Positions 9,107 through 22,723 are shown, counted from the first letter of the stretch. The stretch is 64,000 bases of DNA from Longimicrobiales bacterium (GCA_965203485.1 OZ241892.1:2688001-2752000), one strand, 5' to 3'. Numbers and translations: made by a program. The notes: a model not told the origin generated them from the letters alone.

Positions 9107-9397
9107 ATGACCGCCAAGCTGTCCGCGAAGGAAGTCAACGGCTGGACGGAGTCGCACTCGGGGTGGAAGTTCCGGGACAATGCGCTTCGCAAGACGTACC
9201 GGCTGCCGGGCTTTCGGGACTCGATCGTCTTCGTGAACCGGATCGCGACGATCGCCGACGAGCTGGACCATCACCCGGACATCCGCGTGCGGTTCGACCG
9301 GGTCACGCTGAAGCTGTGGTCGCACGATGCGGGCGGCGTCACCAAACGGGACACGGCGCTAGCCGAGCGCATCGACTTCGCGACTTCGGCGCGCTGA
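9107..9397 (+). CDS. phhB: Pterin-4-alpha-carbinolamine dehydratase
   Basis: DHHPDI and WSHDAGGVT motifs; RBS AAGGAGG before ATG 9107. Confidence 0.9.
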   Translation: MTAKLSAKEVNGWTESHSGWKFRDNALRKTYRLPGFRDSIVFVNRIATIADELDHHPDIRVRFDRVTLKLWSHDAGGVTKRDTALAERIDFATSAR

Positions 9398-10697
9398 GCG
9401 GACGGCCGCGACTAGAATCTCCAGGCCTCGCCGCATCTCGCCGGACTCGACGACGGCGGGCGGAGTGATCTGAACCACGTCGGCCGAGGCGCCGGCGGGA
9501 AGGACGATCAGCCCTTCGTCCAGCGCCAGCGCGGCCACCGCTGCGGCAGGCACGGGACCCACCCCGATCATCAAGCCGCGACCTCTGGCCCAGACGCCCT
9601 GCGGCAGCGCGCCGCGCAAGTAGGCCAGCGATTCCCGGCCCAACGCATCGGCTCTCTCCGCCAAGCTCTCGGTCCGAAGGGCGTCGAGAAAGCCGAGGCC
9701 CGCGGCGCACGCCAGCGGATGGCCCAGGAAGGTGGACGTGTGGACGGCTTCGCCCGACGAAGGCGCCCAGGCATCCATGACGCGCGCCGGGCCGCAGCAA
9801 GCCGAGAGCGGCAGGCCGCCGCCGAGCGGCTTGCCCAGGCAGACCAGATCGGGCACGACGCCGTCGTGCGAGCAGGCGAGGAGCGCGCCGGTGCGTCCGA
9901 GTCCGGTGAAGATCTCGTCGGCGATCAGGAGCGCCCCACGCGCCCGGGCCTCGGCGGCCAAGTCTTCGACGAAGCCGGGCGGCGGGAGGCGCACGCCGGC
10001 CCGGCCCTGGATCGGCTCGACGATCACGGCGCCGGCCCGGAGATCGCGAATCGCCCGCGCGGCCGCGTCCAGGCTGGTGGCCGCCTCGCTCGGCCTCCCG
10101 GGAAAAGGCGCAAAAGCGACGTGGTCCGCGAGGCGGCGGGTGAAGGGGCGGCGAAAGTGGTCGCGATGGGTGGCCGCGAGCGCGCCCAAGGCGAGGCCGT
10201 GGTACGCGCCCTCGAAGGCGACGACGCCCATGCGCCCCGTCGCGAGCTGGGCCGTCTTGAGCGCCGCCTCCACGGCGTCCGAGCCGCTCAAGCCGAGAAT
10301 CGCGCGGGCGTCCGGCCAAGGCATGAGAGCGGCGAGAGCCTCCAGGAACTCCACCTTCGATGCCGGCGGGTGCAGGTCGCCCATCCCGTGGACCAAGCGG
10401 CCTGCCTGGCAGGCGATGCGGCGGGCGACGAGCGGGTGCCTGTGGCCCGCGAGCGCGACCCCGAAGGCGCCGGAGAAGTCCAGGCGGCGGCGCCCGTCGG
10501 CGTCCACGACCGTGCAGCCCTCGGCCTCGGTCCAGAAGGGAGGAACCGGCTCCAGGCTGGTGATTCCCCGAGACTCGACGCGGGCAAGGCGGCGGGCCAA
10601 CTCGGCGCGGGCGCTGGTCTGCTTCGGGTCGCCGGGGACGCCCTGGCTACGGACCGGTCCTACGGAGCCGGCCGGTCTCCGCCCCCCGCAACGGTCG

Positions 10698-10705
<8 letters not shown>
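9359..10705 (-). CDS. Class III PLP-dependent aminotransferase (GabT/ArgD-like)
   Basis: SGSDAVE, AYHG, IVEPIQGRAG, IADEIFTGLGRTG, LGKPLGGG, HTSTFLGHP. Confidence 0.9.
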
Positions 10706-13909
<3,204 letters not shown>

Positions 13910-14479
13910 TTAGGATTGGATATTGTCCTCGATCCTCCTCGCCAACCTGTCGAAGTCCTCCGGGCACTTCTGGCGAATCGCTTGGACGTTGTGCGCCGCC
14001 TCCTCACCCAGGACCCTTCGGCCGCCACCAGGTCCCCTTTCCAAGCTACGTCGCCGGGCCAGCTCGTCAAAGTACTGTTCCTTGACGTCCAACTCCGCGC
14101 GAACCGTGGACCAACGCCAATCTCTCGGCAACTCCAACCCCGCGAGAACCCAAGTCTCCAGCTCTTCCCACGCGTTTTCCGCGAGGAACGTGGGCTTGGG
14201 TCCAAACTCCGCTTCAATAGCGGCCAAGCGTTGGCGGCGACCCTGTTTGCCGTCTCGGTCCACACAGAGAACGAACATGTCAACCATGCCGCGGTATCGT
14301 GCAACAATCTCGGCAATGCGGCTTGCCTTCAGCGCCTCGTTGACGCCTCCGAGTCGTGGATCCTGACACACGGCGATTTTCGCAGACCGGCGGCCCAAGG
14401 CATGCAACAAACGCGCCAGGATCGGTTTCAGAATGTACTGGTCCTTGCGAAAGTCTTCGGGAATGACAAGAATCTTCAC
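13910..14479 (-). CDS. TOPRIM-like (DUF4276/RloB-like) protein, putative nuclease partner of the ATPase
   Basis: GTG start overlaps the ATPase stop (GTGA); ILVIPED...D, FVLCVDRDG (DxD), EELETWVLA. Confidence 0.7.
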   Translation of the reverse strand: MKILVIPEDFRKDQYILKPILARLLHALGRRSAKIAVCQDPRLGGVNEALKASRIAEIVARYRGMVDMFVLCVDRDGKQGRRQRLAAIEAEFGPKPTFLAENAWEELETWVLAGLELPRDWRWSTVRAELDVKEQYFDELARRRSLERGPGGGRRVLGEEAAHNVQAIRQKCPEDFDRLARRIEDNIQS

Positions 14480-15843
14480 TCGCCTGCCTCCGATCCCGCC
14501 TTCGGTTCGTCCGTCGATGAGCTCAAGAAGACCGCGTCTTCCAGCCATCCAGCAGAATGCAAGGTGCCCAACCCTTGAGATTGTCGCAGTTCGCCAGCAT
14601 TGGGAAGATCGGCGACTTGCCGGACCAGCGCATCGTCCGTGTTCGGTCGCCTACATACTACGGCCGTATTCCCGAATCCACCGTCCCCGACCATGGCAAG
14701 CAACTCCGGAGAGTGTGTCGTCGTTACGACTTGTATCATGCCGTCGGCCGTTCGTTGTTCGATGAGTTCCAACAGCAGACGCAGGCGTGACGGATGAATG
14801 CCGTTGTCGATCTCCTCGAAGAAGTAGAGTCGCGTTCGATCCCTTCCAAAGAGTGCGGCTAGAACAGCCAGAAAGCGGAGCGTGCCGTCCGACGCGGAAT
14901 ACGCAGAAATCTTGCGACCGTTGGTTTCTTCTATAAGCAACTGGACCTTTCCGCTCACGGGATCGGTGGAAAATTCGAAGTCCTCCACGTCCATGGGCGT
15001 GAGCTCCCGCGTCCACTCTATCAATGCTTTTCTAGTATCGGCATCTTGGCAAATTGCTTTCAATGCCGTGGACAAGTTGTTGCCTTGATCTCCAAGAATC
15101 GTCTGTCCCGGAGGAGATGGTTCACGCATACGGTCCGGCGATGGATCCAGGAAACGCATTTCGGACAACGTACTAGCCACGGCATCGGCGCATTTCTTGT
15201 GAAGCCGTAGCACATGCTTGTGTTCGCGAAGTTGATTCAGGGCTGGTTGATCCGGCCTCACGGCTACCCTGTGTCCATATTTCTTCTGTCTTGCAGTCTT
15301 CCCCATTCGCAGGAGCAAGTGCGTCTCATCCTCCTGCCTTGCCACCGGATCGGGAGGCGCCGGATGACTCGTGTATATGCTCTCATCCCTGCCATCCGCT
15401 TCGACTCCTAGTGACGGAGGCCCGTGCCGCCCAAGGCGCTCCCGGGTGACGCGCAACTGCCCGGAAGACCATCGTCCCTCCACCGCGTTCACGGCCACTT
15501 CGTAGGTTGCCTCGCTCGGCCCATCGCTTCGCGGGTCCGCCAATCCCGCGACGTCCTTGATTCTCATTCCTGCTTCGACCGCGAACCCCGCCGTTCCCAG
15601 CCGCGCGATCTCGCTCGGCGCCCCGCGGACGCCACCCCACTGGGCTTCGCCCCCGGGCCCATACCTCCCGCCGAGGATCTCCGCCAACGTGTAGCCTCGT
15701 CCAACCCCGTGGAGGAACCGCAGGGCGTCGCGGACATTGCTCTTGCCGCTGGCGTTGGCGCCCGCAATAATCGTGAACGGCCCCATGCGCACGCGCTCAT
15801 CGACGAAGTTCTTGAAGTCGCGCAATCGAAGGGAGGTGATCAC
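14476..15843 (-). CDS. ABC-type (AAA_21-like) ATPase, putative defence-system component
   Basis: GANASGKSN Walker A, SDGT signature, FFEEIDNGIHP Walker B/D-loop, TTHSP. Confidence 0.9.
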   Translation of the reverse strand: MITSLRLRDFKNFVDERVRMGPFTIIAGANASGKSNVRDALRFLHGVGRGYTLAEILGGRYGPGGEAQWGGVRGAPSEIARLGTAGFAVEAGMRIKDVAGLADPRSDGPSEATYEVAVNAVEGRWSSGQLRVTRERLGRHGPPSLGVEADGRDESIYTSHPAPPDPVARQEDETHLLLRMGKTARQKKYGHRVAVRPDQPALNQLREHKHVLRLHKKCADAVASTLSEMRFLDPSPDRMREPSPPGQTILGDQGNNLSTALKAICQDADTRKALIEWTRELTPMDVEDFEFSTDPVSGKVQLLIEETNGRKISAYSASDGTLRFLAVLAALFGRDRTRLYFFEEIDNGIHPSRLRLLLELIEQRTADGMIQVVTTTHSPELLAMVGDGGFGNTAVVCRRPNTDDALVRQVADLPNAGELRQSQGLGTLHSAGWLEDAVFLSSSTDEPKAGSEAGE

Positions 15844-16271
15844 GTCTTCAGGGGGCCGGATCGTTCGTTTGCATGCTCATTCGCGGACGGGCGCCGCCTT
15901 TCTTGCTGAGCTCCAGCCATATCGTTCTCCGGGCTGTGCGGGGACGAATCGCCGTCGAAGAGGAGGCGTGCGAAGGTGGCCTGGCACGTTCACTGAGAAA
16001 ATAGCGACCATTGGCGCGGCGCGCGCATTCGCTTGTGGCGGAAGCTGACCATGGAACGGCCCGAACCCGCCGTGACGGACGGACCGTCCCACGGTGTACA
16101 ACGCTCGTGGATCGTGCTCCGCCGGACCACCGGGCCCCATCCCCACTCCCCCTCCACGAGCGGGGCATGGGCACGCTCCGACGTGGTTCGGGCATGTCCG
16201 ATTCCAAGCCGGCGGCCTACATTGGCCCTTCGTCCGTACTCGTCCTCGCAACCAGCTAGGAGCTTCTCCGC

Positions 16272-17873
16272 ATGGAACGTTCGCTGACACTTCCGCTGGC
16301 CCTCGCGGCCGCCCTGGCCGTTCCCGCGGCCTCCGCCGCCCAAATGGAACCCACGACTCCGCGCGGAGCGGAGGAGGGCGACGGCCCTCACGAGCGGCTC
16401 GTTCTGCGCGGCGCCACGATCATCGACGGCACGGGGGCCCCGCCGATGGGACCGGTGGACATCGTCGTGGAAGGCGACCGCATCGTCCAGATCCGCACCG
16501 TGGGCTTCCCTGGCGTGCCCATCGACGAAGACCGCCGGCCGTCGGGAGGAACGCGGGAGATCGACTTGACCGGCATGTACGTCATGCCCGGCTTCGTGGA
16601 CATGCACGCGCACACGGGCGGTTCCGGCAAGGCGCCCCAGCCGGAGTACACCTACAAGCTCTGGATGGGGCACGGGATCACCACGTCGCGCGGCGTGGGG
16701 CACGGGCCCATGATGTGGGCGCTCGGGGAGAAGGCCGCGGCCGCCCGCAACGAGATCGTGGCGCCGCGCATGTTCACGTACGCCCGTCCCGGCGAGGCGT
16801 GGGACGAGGGCCCGGTGGATTCCCCCGAGAAGGCGCGCGAGTGGGTGCGGTGGGCGGCCGAAGTCGATGTCGAGGGCGCCAAGATCGACGGCCTCAAGCT
16901 GACGGCGATGGATCCCGAGATCATGGCCGCCGCGATCGACGAGGCGCACGCGCACGGCCTGGGCTCGGTCGCGCACTTGGCGCAGACCGGCGTGGCCCGG
17001 ATGACGGCGCTGGACGCCGCCGAAGTCGGCCTCGACATGATGACGCACTACTACGGGCTCATGGAGTCGATGCTCACGGACTACAGCATCCAAGACTGGC
17101 CGCTCGACTACAACTACCAGAACGAGCAGCACCGCTTCGCCAACGTCGGCCGCCTGTGGTACCAAGCGGCGGAACCGGGCTCGGAGCAGTGGAACGCGCT
17201 GATCGACCGCTTTCTGGAGCTGGGCTTCGGCCTGGACCCGACGATGTCGATCTACGAGGCCAGCCGCGACGTGATGCGCGCCCGCGAGGCCGACTTCCAC
17301 GAGGAGTACACGCTGCCCAGCCAGTGGGAGTTCTACCAGCCGTCTCGGCGCGCCCACGGCTCCTACTGGTTCTACTGGACCAGCGAGGACGAGTATCACT
17401 GGAAGAGGTTCTTTCAGAAGTGGATGCATTTCCTGAACGATTACAAGAACGCGGGCGGGCGCGTCACGACCGGGTCTGATTCCGGCTTCATCTACAAGCT
17501 CTACGGCTTCGACTACATCCGGGAGCTGGAACTCCTGCGGGAAGCGGGATTCCACCCCGTCGAGGTCATCCGTTCGGCCACGTTGCACGGCGCCGAGGAG
17601 CTGCACGACCCGAAGGGCTTGCCCGTAGACTTCGGCATTCTGCGCCCGGGGCTCAAGGCCGACATGGTCGTGGTGGACGAGAATCCGTTGCAGAACCTGA
17701 AGGTGCTCTACGGCAACGGAGCGGTGAAGCTCAACGACGAGACCGGCGAAGTGGAACGGGTAGGCGGCATCAAGTACACGATCAAGGACGGAATCGTGTA
17801 CGACGCGAAGCGGTTGCTGGCCGACGTGCGGGAGATGGTCAGGAAGGCGAAGGAGGCGGCCGCGGTGTCGTAG
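16272..17873 (+). CDS. Secreted amidohydrolase-family protein
   Basis: Signal peptide; MPGFVDMHAH; GSDSG; G.L.PG.KAD.VV. Confidence 0.88.
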   Translation: MERSLTLPLALAAALAVPAASAAQMEPTTPRGAEEGDGPHERLVLRGATIIDGTGAPPMGPVDIVVEGDRIVQIRTVGFPGVPIDEDRRPSGGTREIDLTGMYVMPGFVDMHAHTGGSGKAPQPEYTYKLWMGHGITTSRGVGHGPMMWALGEKAAAARNEIVAPRMFTYARPGEAWDEGPVDSPEKAREWVRWAAEVDVEGAKIDGLKLTAMDPEIMAAAIDEAHAHGLGSVAHLAQTGVARMTALDAAEVGLDMMTHYYGLMESMLTDYSIQDWPLDYNYQNEQHRFANVGRLWYQAAEPGSEQWNALIDRFLELGFGLDPTMSIYEASRDVMRAREADFHEEYTLPSQWEFYQPSRRAHGSYWFYWTSEDEYHWKRFFQKWMHFLNDYKNAGGRVTTGSDSGFIYKLYGFDYIRELELLREAGFHPVEVIRSATLHGAEELHDPKGLPVDFGILRPGLKADMVVVDENPLQNLKVLYGNGAVKLNDETGEVERVGGIKYTIKDGIVYDAKRLLADVREMVRKAKEAAAVS

Positions 17874-18065
17874 CGGGACGGCGGGGCGCCCTCGAAGGGG
17901 GCTCCGGCGGCTTGGGGACCGCCGATTCCCGCCGCCGGAGGAAGACGCGCACGCTGCTCGCGAGGTCGCGGCGACCCCCGGAGGGCCGCGTCCGCACGGC
18001 AGGACCTGCGCTCCGGCGACCACTGCGCGCGCCTCGAGAAAGGTCGCGCCGACGCGAGTGGGCCG

Positions 18066-18389
18066 TCAGCCTCCGACGCGGACTTGCACGGCCGTGCCGT
18101 AGCACAGCATTTCGGCCGCGCCACGGCTGACTTGGGCGGACTGGAAGCGCACGCCGATCACCGCGTTCGCGCCGAGCGCCTTGGCCTCGTCGACCATGCG
18201 GTCGATGGCCTGCTCGCGGGCCTCGGCGAGCAACTTGGTGTACTCGTAGAGTTCGCCGCCGGCGATGTTGCGCAACGAAGCCATGAAGTCCCGCCCCAGG
18301 TGTCGCGCTCGTATCGAGCTGCCGCGAACCATCCCGTGCGTGCGCACGACAAAGTGACCGGCGATGCTCTCGGTCGTGGCGACGATCAC
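18066..18389 (-). CDS. YbjQ/UPF0145 family protein
   Basis: GMVRGSSIRARH...GGELYEY...AREQAIDRM...GANAVIG...YGTAV; GTG start overlaps the anti-sigma stop. Confidence 0.9.
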   Translation of the reverse strand: MIVATTESIAGHFVVRTHGMVRGSSIRARHLGRDFMASLRNIAGGELYEYTKLLAEAREQAIDRMVDEAKALGANAVIGVRFQSAQVSRGAAEMLCYGTAVQVRVGG

Positions 18390-18847
18390 CGGTGCACGTC
18401 CTTGTATGGATCGGTCTTGTAGTCCTGGAAGCGCGCGAACACGACCCCGGCCAGCAGGACGAGGACGCCGATGGCCACCGCGCTGGTCGCCAGCTTGGCG
18501 ACGATGGCCGTGGGCGACTTCGCGAACACCCACGCGCCGTAGCCCAGCCACGCCACGGCGCCGGAGACGACGAGCGTCCAGCCGAGCGGCTGCGTGATCC
18601 GCGTGCGGATCCGGTCCCAAGCCGATCCGCTGGTTCGGGGAGGGGCGAAGGAGAGGTCCTGCAACTGGGCCTTCATGCCCTTGAAGATAGCGATCTCGCG
18701 ACGCAGCTCGCTGGACTGGTCCAGCTTGCGCTGAACGGCCTTCCTCTCCTCGGGCGAGGCCTCGCCGTCCAGAAAGCGCATCAGCTCTTCGCGGCCCATG
18801 CCGCCGGGCCGGGCTACGTTCATTGCTCCAGTTGGTTCACGGTTCAT
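18386..18847 (-). CDS. Membrane-anchored anti-sigma factor
   Basis: LMRFLDGEASPEE (ZAS-like fold without Cys/His) plus two TM helices; coupled to the sigma gene (ATGA overlap). Confidence 0.75.
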   Translation of the reverse strand: MNREPTGAMNVARPGGMGREELMRFLDGEASPEERKAVQRKLDQSSELRREIAIFKGMKAQLQDLSFAPPRTSGSAWDRIRTRITQPLGWTLVVSGAVAWLGYGAWVFAKSPTAIVAKLATSAVAIGVLVLLAGVVFARFQDYKTDPYKDVHR

Positions 18848-19413
18848 GGATAGGTCACTCCGGCTTCGTGGAGCACGGCGGCGAACGCGCGCCGGGCGTG
18901 AAACAGCCGACTGGCCACCGTTCCCTCCGGGACATCCAGGATGGCCGCGATCTCCCCGTAGCGAAACCCCTCGATCTCCTTGAGCACGAGCACCTCTCGG
19001 TGATCTTCGTCGAGCTTCTCCAGAGCCCGCCACACGATTTCCTTCGCTTCCTTTCGTTCCAGCCTCCGCTCCGGACCGTCCTCCGGGTCGGCGGCCACCT
19101 CGGCGAGCGCTCCGTCGCCGAGGACTTCTACGCGGAACTGGGCTTGGCGGCGGCGCAACAGGTCGCGGCACTGGTTTCGCAGTATCTGGAAGAACCACGG
19201 TCCGAAGGGCCGCCTGAGGTCGAAGCGGGGGAGGGACCGCCACGCCTTGACGAAGGCGTCCTGCAGGGCGTCGCCGGCATCGTCGGCGTTGCCCGTCATG
19301 CCAAGCGCGATGCGCATGCCCCGCGGCTCGTAGGCCCTCACGATCGGTTCGAAGAAGCGAGCGTCGCCCGCCTTGCACTTGCGCAACAGCTCCCGCTCCG
19401 CGTCCGCGATCAA
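18844..19413 (-). CDS. ECF sigma factor (sigma70 group 4)
   Basis: DAGDALQDAFVKAW, FGPWFFQILRN, YGEIAAILDVPEGTVASRLFHAR. Confidence 0.93.
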   Translation of the reverse strand: MIADAERELLRKCKAGDARFFEPIVRAYEPRGMRIALGMTGNADDAGDALQDAFVKAWRSLPRFDLRRPFGPWFFQILRNQCRDLLRRRQAQFRVEVLGDGALAEVAADPEDGPERRLERKEAKEIVWRALEKLDEDHREVLVLKEIEGFRYGEIAAILDVPEGTVASRLFHARRAFAAVLHEAGVTYP

Positions 19414-19616
19414 GCGTCCTCCGTGTAGTCGGCTCGTCCTGGCAAATCTACGCTAGCGCGCACGGGACCCTTCATCGCAAGGGCGGCGCGACGGCTTGAT
19501 CTTTCTGGCGGATTCTCGCGGGCGGCGCAATGGCTGGATGTGGCGCGGCCAGGCTCCGGAGCCCATCTTGCCCCGGTTCTTTGCTACTGGACGACGGCGG
19601 AGCGCGGAGGCGCCAC

Positions 19617-21263
19617 ATGAAGGGACGGAACTGGAAGGGGATCGCCTTGACGACGGGCGGCCGTAGGCTGACTTGGGCAACCGCCGGACTGGCGGCGCTC
19701 GTTTGGCCCCACGTGCTGGCGGCCCAGAACGGGACCGGGATCGACTACCCGGCCGGCTTCGACGAGGACGCGAAGTACTACTCCGAGGCCGTGGGCCCGC
19801 TTCACCGCCCCATCGCCACCGCGTCGGCGGAGGCCCAGAAGTTCTTCGACCAGGGCCTGCAGATGCTCTACGCGTTCACGCCCTTGCGCGCCGCGCGCTC
19901 GTTTCGCCAAGCCCAGCGCGAGGACCCCGACTGCGCCATCTGCTACTGGGGCGAGGCTCTGGCCTGGGGCCCTTACCTGAACGGCCCGATGGGAGCCGAC
20001 GACGCCCCGCGCGCCCGCGAGCGCATCGACATGGCCCTGGAGCGCATCGATCACGCCAGCGACGTCGAAAGGGCGCTTATCGAGGCGCTGGATGTCCGCT
20101 ATGTGAAGGAACACGACGACGCCCAGCGAAAGTCCCTTGATTCGGCCTACGCCGACGCAATGGGCCGCGTGTACGCGCGCTTTCCGCACGACATGGAGGC
20201 GGGCACGCTGTACGGCGAGGCGTTGATGCTGCTGGAGCCGCGCCGGGGACGTTGGGACATCGACAAGCCCGCGGTCCGGCGGATCCACCGCGTGCTGGAG
20301 GCGGCGCTGGCCCGCGACGTCACGCACCCCGGCGCATGCCACCTCTATGTGCACGCCACGGAGCCGACGGTACGGCCCGACAAGGCGGAGTCGTGCGCGG
20401 CGCACCTGGGCCAGTCGATCCCAGGCGCGAGCCACATCCAGCACATGCCGTCTCACACCTACAACCGAGTGGGCCGCTGGGGCGACGCCGTGCGGGCCAA
20501 CTTGGCGGCTTGGCACACCGACCTGCGGGCGGACGCGGACCGGGCGTGGGCCATCTATCCGTCGCACAACCTCCACATGCTGCTCTTCGCGGCGTCGATG
20601 GACGGCCAGGGCGCCATAGCCGCGCGGGCCGGCAAGGACTACGGCAAGATCGTCCCGAACGGCGGCTTCTATCAGGCCATGACGCTGCTTCGGTTCGGAC
20701 GCTTCGACGACATCCTGGAACTCGATGCGCCGCCGGAAGGCGTCCTCCAGAGGGGGCTCTGGGACTTCTGCCGGGGATACGCCTACCTGCGCATGGGCGA
20801 GGCCGCGCGGGCGTCGGTCTACCTGGAGAGGGTCCAGCTCGCCGCAGAAGCCGATCCGGACGCGAGGTTCCGCGGACACCGCGCGGGCGACCTTCTGGAC
20901 ATCGTGGCGGCAATTCTGGAGGGAGAAATCCTGCGCGCCGAGGGACGGGACGGCGAAGCGATATCAGCGCTGGAAGGCGTCGTGGCGATCGAAGACGGAC
21001 TGCGCTACGACGAGCCGGAACCGCTCAACTTCTCGGTGCGCCACTGGCTGGGACATGCGTTGCTGGAGGCGGACCGGGCGGCCGAAGCCGAGGACGTGTT
21101 CCGGGCCGCGCTCGCGGATCACCCGCACAACGGCTGGTCGCTGCTGGGGCTTGAAGCCGCATTTCGCGCACAGGGGAAGGACGCGGAGGCGGCCGGTGCT
21201 CACGCCGAGTTCGAAGAGGCATGGGCCCGCGCCGACACCTGGATCACGGCGCCGGTCTTCTAG
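19617..21263 (+). CDS. Secreted TPR-repeat protein with His cluster
   Basis: Signal peptide; AQKFFDQGL, CAICYWGEALA, HLYVHATE, HIQHMPSHTY, TPR-like C-terminus. Confidence 0.8.
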   Translation: MKGRNWKGIALTTGGRRLTWATAGLAALVWPHVLAAQNGTGIDYPAGFDEDAKYYSEAVGPLHRPIATASAEAQKFFDQGLQMLYAFTPLRAARSFRQAQREDPDCAICYWGEALAWGPYLNGPMGADDAPRARERIDMALERIDHASDVERALIEALDVRYVKEHDDAQRKSLDSAYADAMGRVYARFPHDMEAGTLYGEALMLLEPRRGRWDIDKPAVRRIHRVLEAALARDVTHPGACHLYVHATEPTVRPDKAESCAAHLGQSIPGASHIQHMPSHTYNRVGRWGDAVRANLAAWHTDLRADADRAWAIYPSHNLHMLLFAASMDGQGAIAARAGKDYGKIVPNGGFYQAMTLLRFGRFDDILELDAPPEGVLQRGLWDFCRGYAYLRMGEAARASVYLERVQLAAEADPDARFRGHRAGDLLDIVAAILEGEILRAEGRDGEAISALEGVVAIEDGLRYDEPEPLNFSVRHWLGHALLEADRAAEAEDVFRAALADHPHNGWSLLGLEAAFRAQGKDAEAAGAHAEFEEAWARADTWITAPVF

Positions 21264-21355
21264 CGGAATTCGAAGACGCACCACCGGCTCGCGGGGCTTC
21301 CACGCGCGAACGGGCGCGGCCCCGGCCAGGTCGGCGGTGGGTCCGCCGCGCCCAG

Positions 21356-22723
21356 CTAAGGGCGCGTGCCCGGCACAACCACCGGGTTGCCGTCCTTCAC
21401 CAAGCCGACAAGCGGGGTTCGCCCGGGAACCCAGTAGCAGAGTTCGGCCAGGTCGCGCACCCCCCACAGGGCGAGGTCCGCGCGCTTCCCGACGGCCAGG
21501 ACGCCGGCGTCCGCGTCGACGCCCAGCGCCTTTGCCGCCGCCGAGGTCATGCCCAGCAACGCTTCCTCCGGCGTCAGCCCGAACAGCGTGCACGCCATGT
21601 TCAGAATCATGCCGACGTTCGTGAAGGGCGAAGAACCTGGGTTGGCGTCTGTCGCCACGGCCATGGGGACGCCCGCGTCCCGCAATGCCTGCACGGGCGG
21701 AACCCGGCGGGCGCGCAACGCGTGGGCCGCACCGGGAAGGAGAACGGCCGAGACGTCCGCTTCGGCCATGGCCTCGACGCCCTGCGGCGAGAGATGTTCC
21801 AGGTGGTCGGCCGAGTTCGCGCCGACCTCGGCGGCCAGCGCCCCGCCCCCGCCGTCGGAGAGCTGGTCGGCATGGACGTGGCCGCGCAGGCCCGCCGCGA
21901 TGCCTGCGCCCAGCACTGCACGGGCATCTTCCACCGAGAACGCGATTTTCTCGCAGAAGACGTCGACCCCCGTGGCAAGGCCGCGCTCGAGAGCCGCCGG
22001 CAGGACTTCGCCGATCACGAGATCGACATAGGCGGACCGCCGCCCCTCGTACTCCGGCGGAACCGCGTGCGCGGCGAGCAACGTGGGCGCGACGTCCACG
22101 GGCAACCCGCGGCCCGCCTCGGCCGCCGCTTCGAGCATCTTGAGCTCGGTGTCGACGTCGAGCCCGTAGCCCGACTTGATCTCGACCGTGGTCACGCCCC
22201 ACGCCCCCAGGTCGCCGAGCCGCGTCGCCGCGCCGTCGGCCAGCTCGCGCTGACTCGCCGCCCGAGTGGCGCGCACGGTGGACCGGATACCTCCCCCGGC
22301 CCGGGCGATCTCCTCGTACGACGCGCCGCGAAGCCTGCGCCGGAACTCGTCGGCGCGGCTGCCTGCGAAGACGAGGTGCGTGTGGCAGTCGATGAACCCC
22401 GGCGTAAGCCAGCCGCCCTGCAATTCGACAACTTGGACGCCGACGAGAAGATGCTCGGGCGGCAAGCACGCCGCCGGACCAATCCAGGCGATGCGGCCGT
22501 TCCGGGCAGCGACGGCCCCGTCTTCGACGATCCCCAGCAGCGGATCCGTCATGCACGCCAAGTCGGCGCCGACCCACACGCGGTCCCATTCGGGGGGACC
22601 CGCGCCGTCCCAAGACGCAGCCTCGTCGCCGCCGGCAGCGCCGCCGTTGCCGACGTTCCGTTCAGGGGGACCGGCGCCGTCGCCGGGCGCCGGCCGGCCA
22701 CCGCGTCCCGATGCGATATTCAT
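21356..22723 (-). CDS. hutI: Imidazolonepropionase
   Basis: PGFIDCHTHLVF, EIKSGYGL, DVFCE, HADQL, SADHLE, ATDANPGSSP; start inferred. Confidence 0.95.
   Translation of the reverse strand: MNIASGRGGRPAPGDGAGPPERNVGNGGAAGGDEAASWDGAGPPEWDRVWVGADLACMTDPLLGIVEDGAVAARNGRIAWIGPAACLPPEHLLVGVQVVELQGGWLTPGFIDCHTHLVFAGSRADEFRRRLRGASYEEIARAGGGIRSTVRATRAASQRELADGAATRLGDLGAWGVTTVEIKSGYGLDVDTELKMLEAAAEAGRGLPVDVAPTLLAAHAVPPEYEGRRSAYVDLVIGEVLPAALERGLATGVDVFCEKIAFSVEDARAVLGAGIAAGLRGHVHADQLSDGGGGALAAEVGANSADHLEHLSPQGVEAMAEADVSAVLLPGAAHALRARRVPPVQALRDAGVPMAVATDANPGSSPFTNVGMILNMACTLFGLTPEEALLGMTSAAAKALGVDADAGVLAVGKRADLALWGVRDLAELCYWVPGRTPLVGLVKDGNPVVVPGTRP

Noticed and set aside
15850..16270. Long intergenic region with a 10-bp inverted repeat (CGCTCGTGGA...TCCACGAGCG)
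   Set aside because: No recognisable ncRNA or riboswitch motif; a short GC stem is expected by chance
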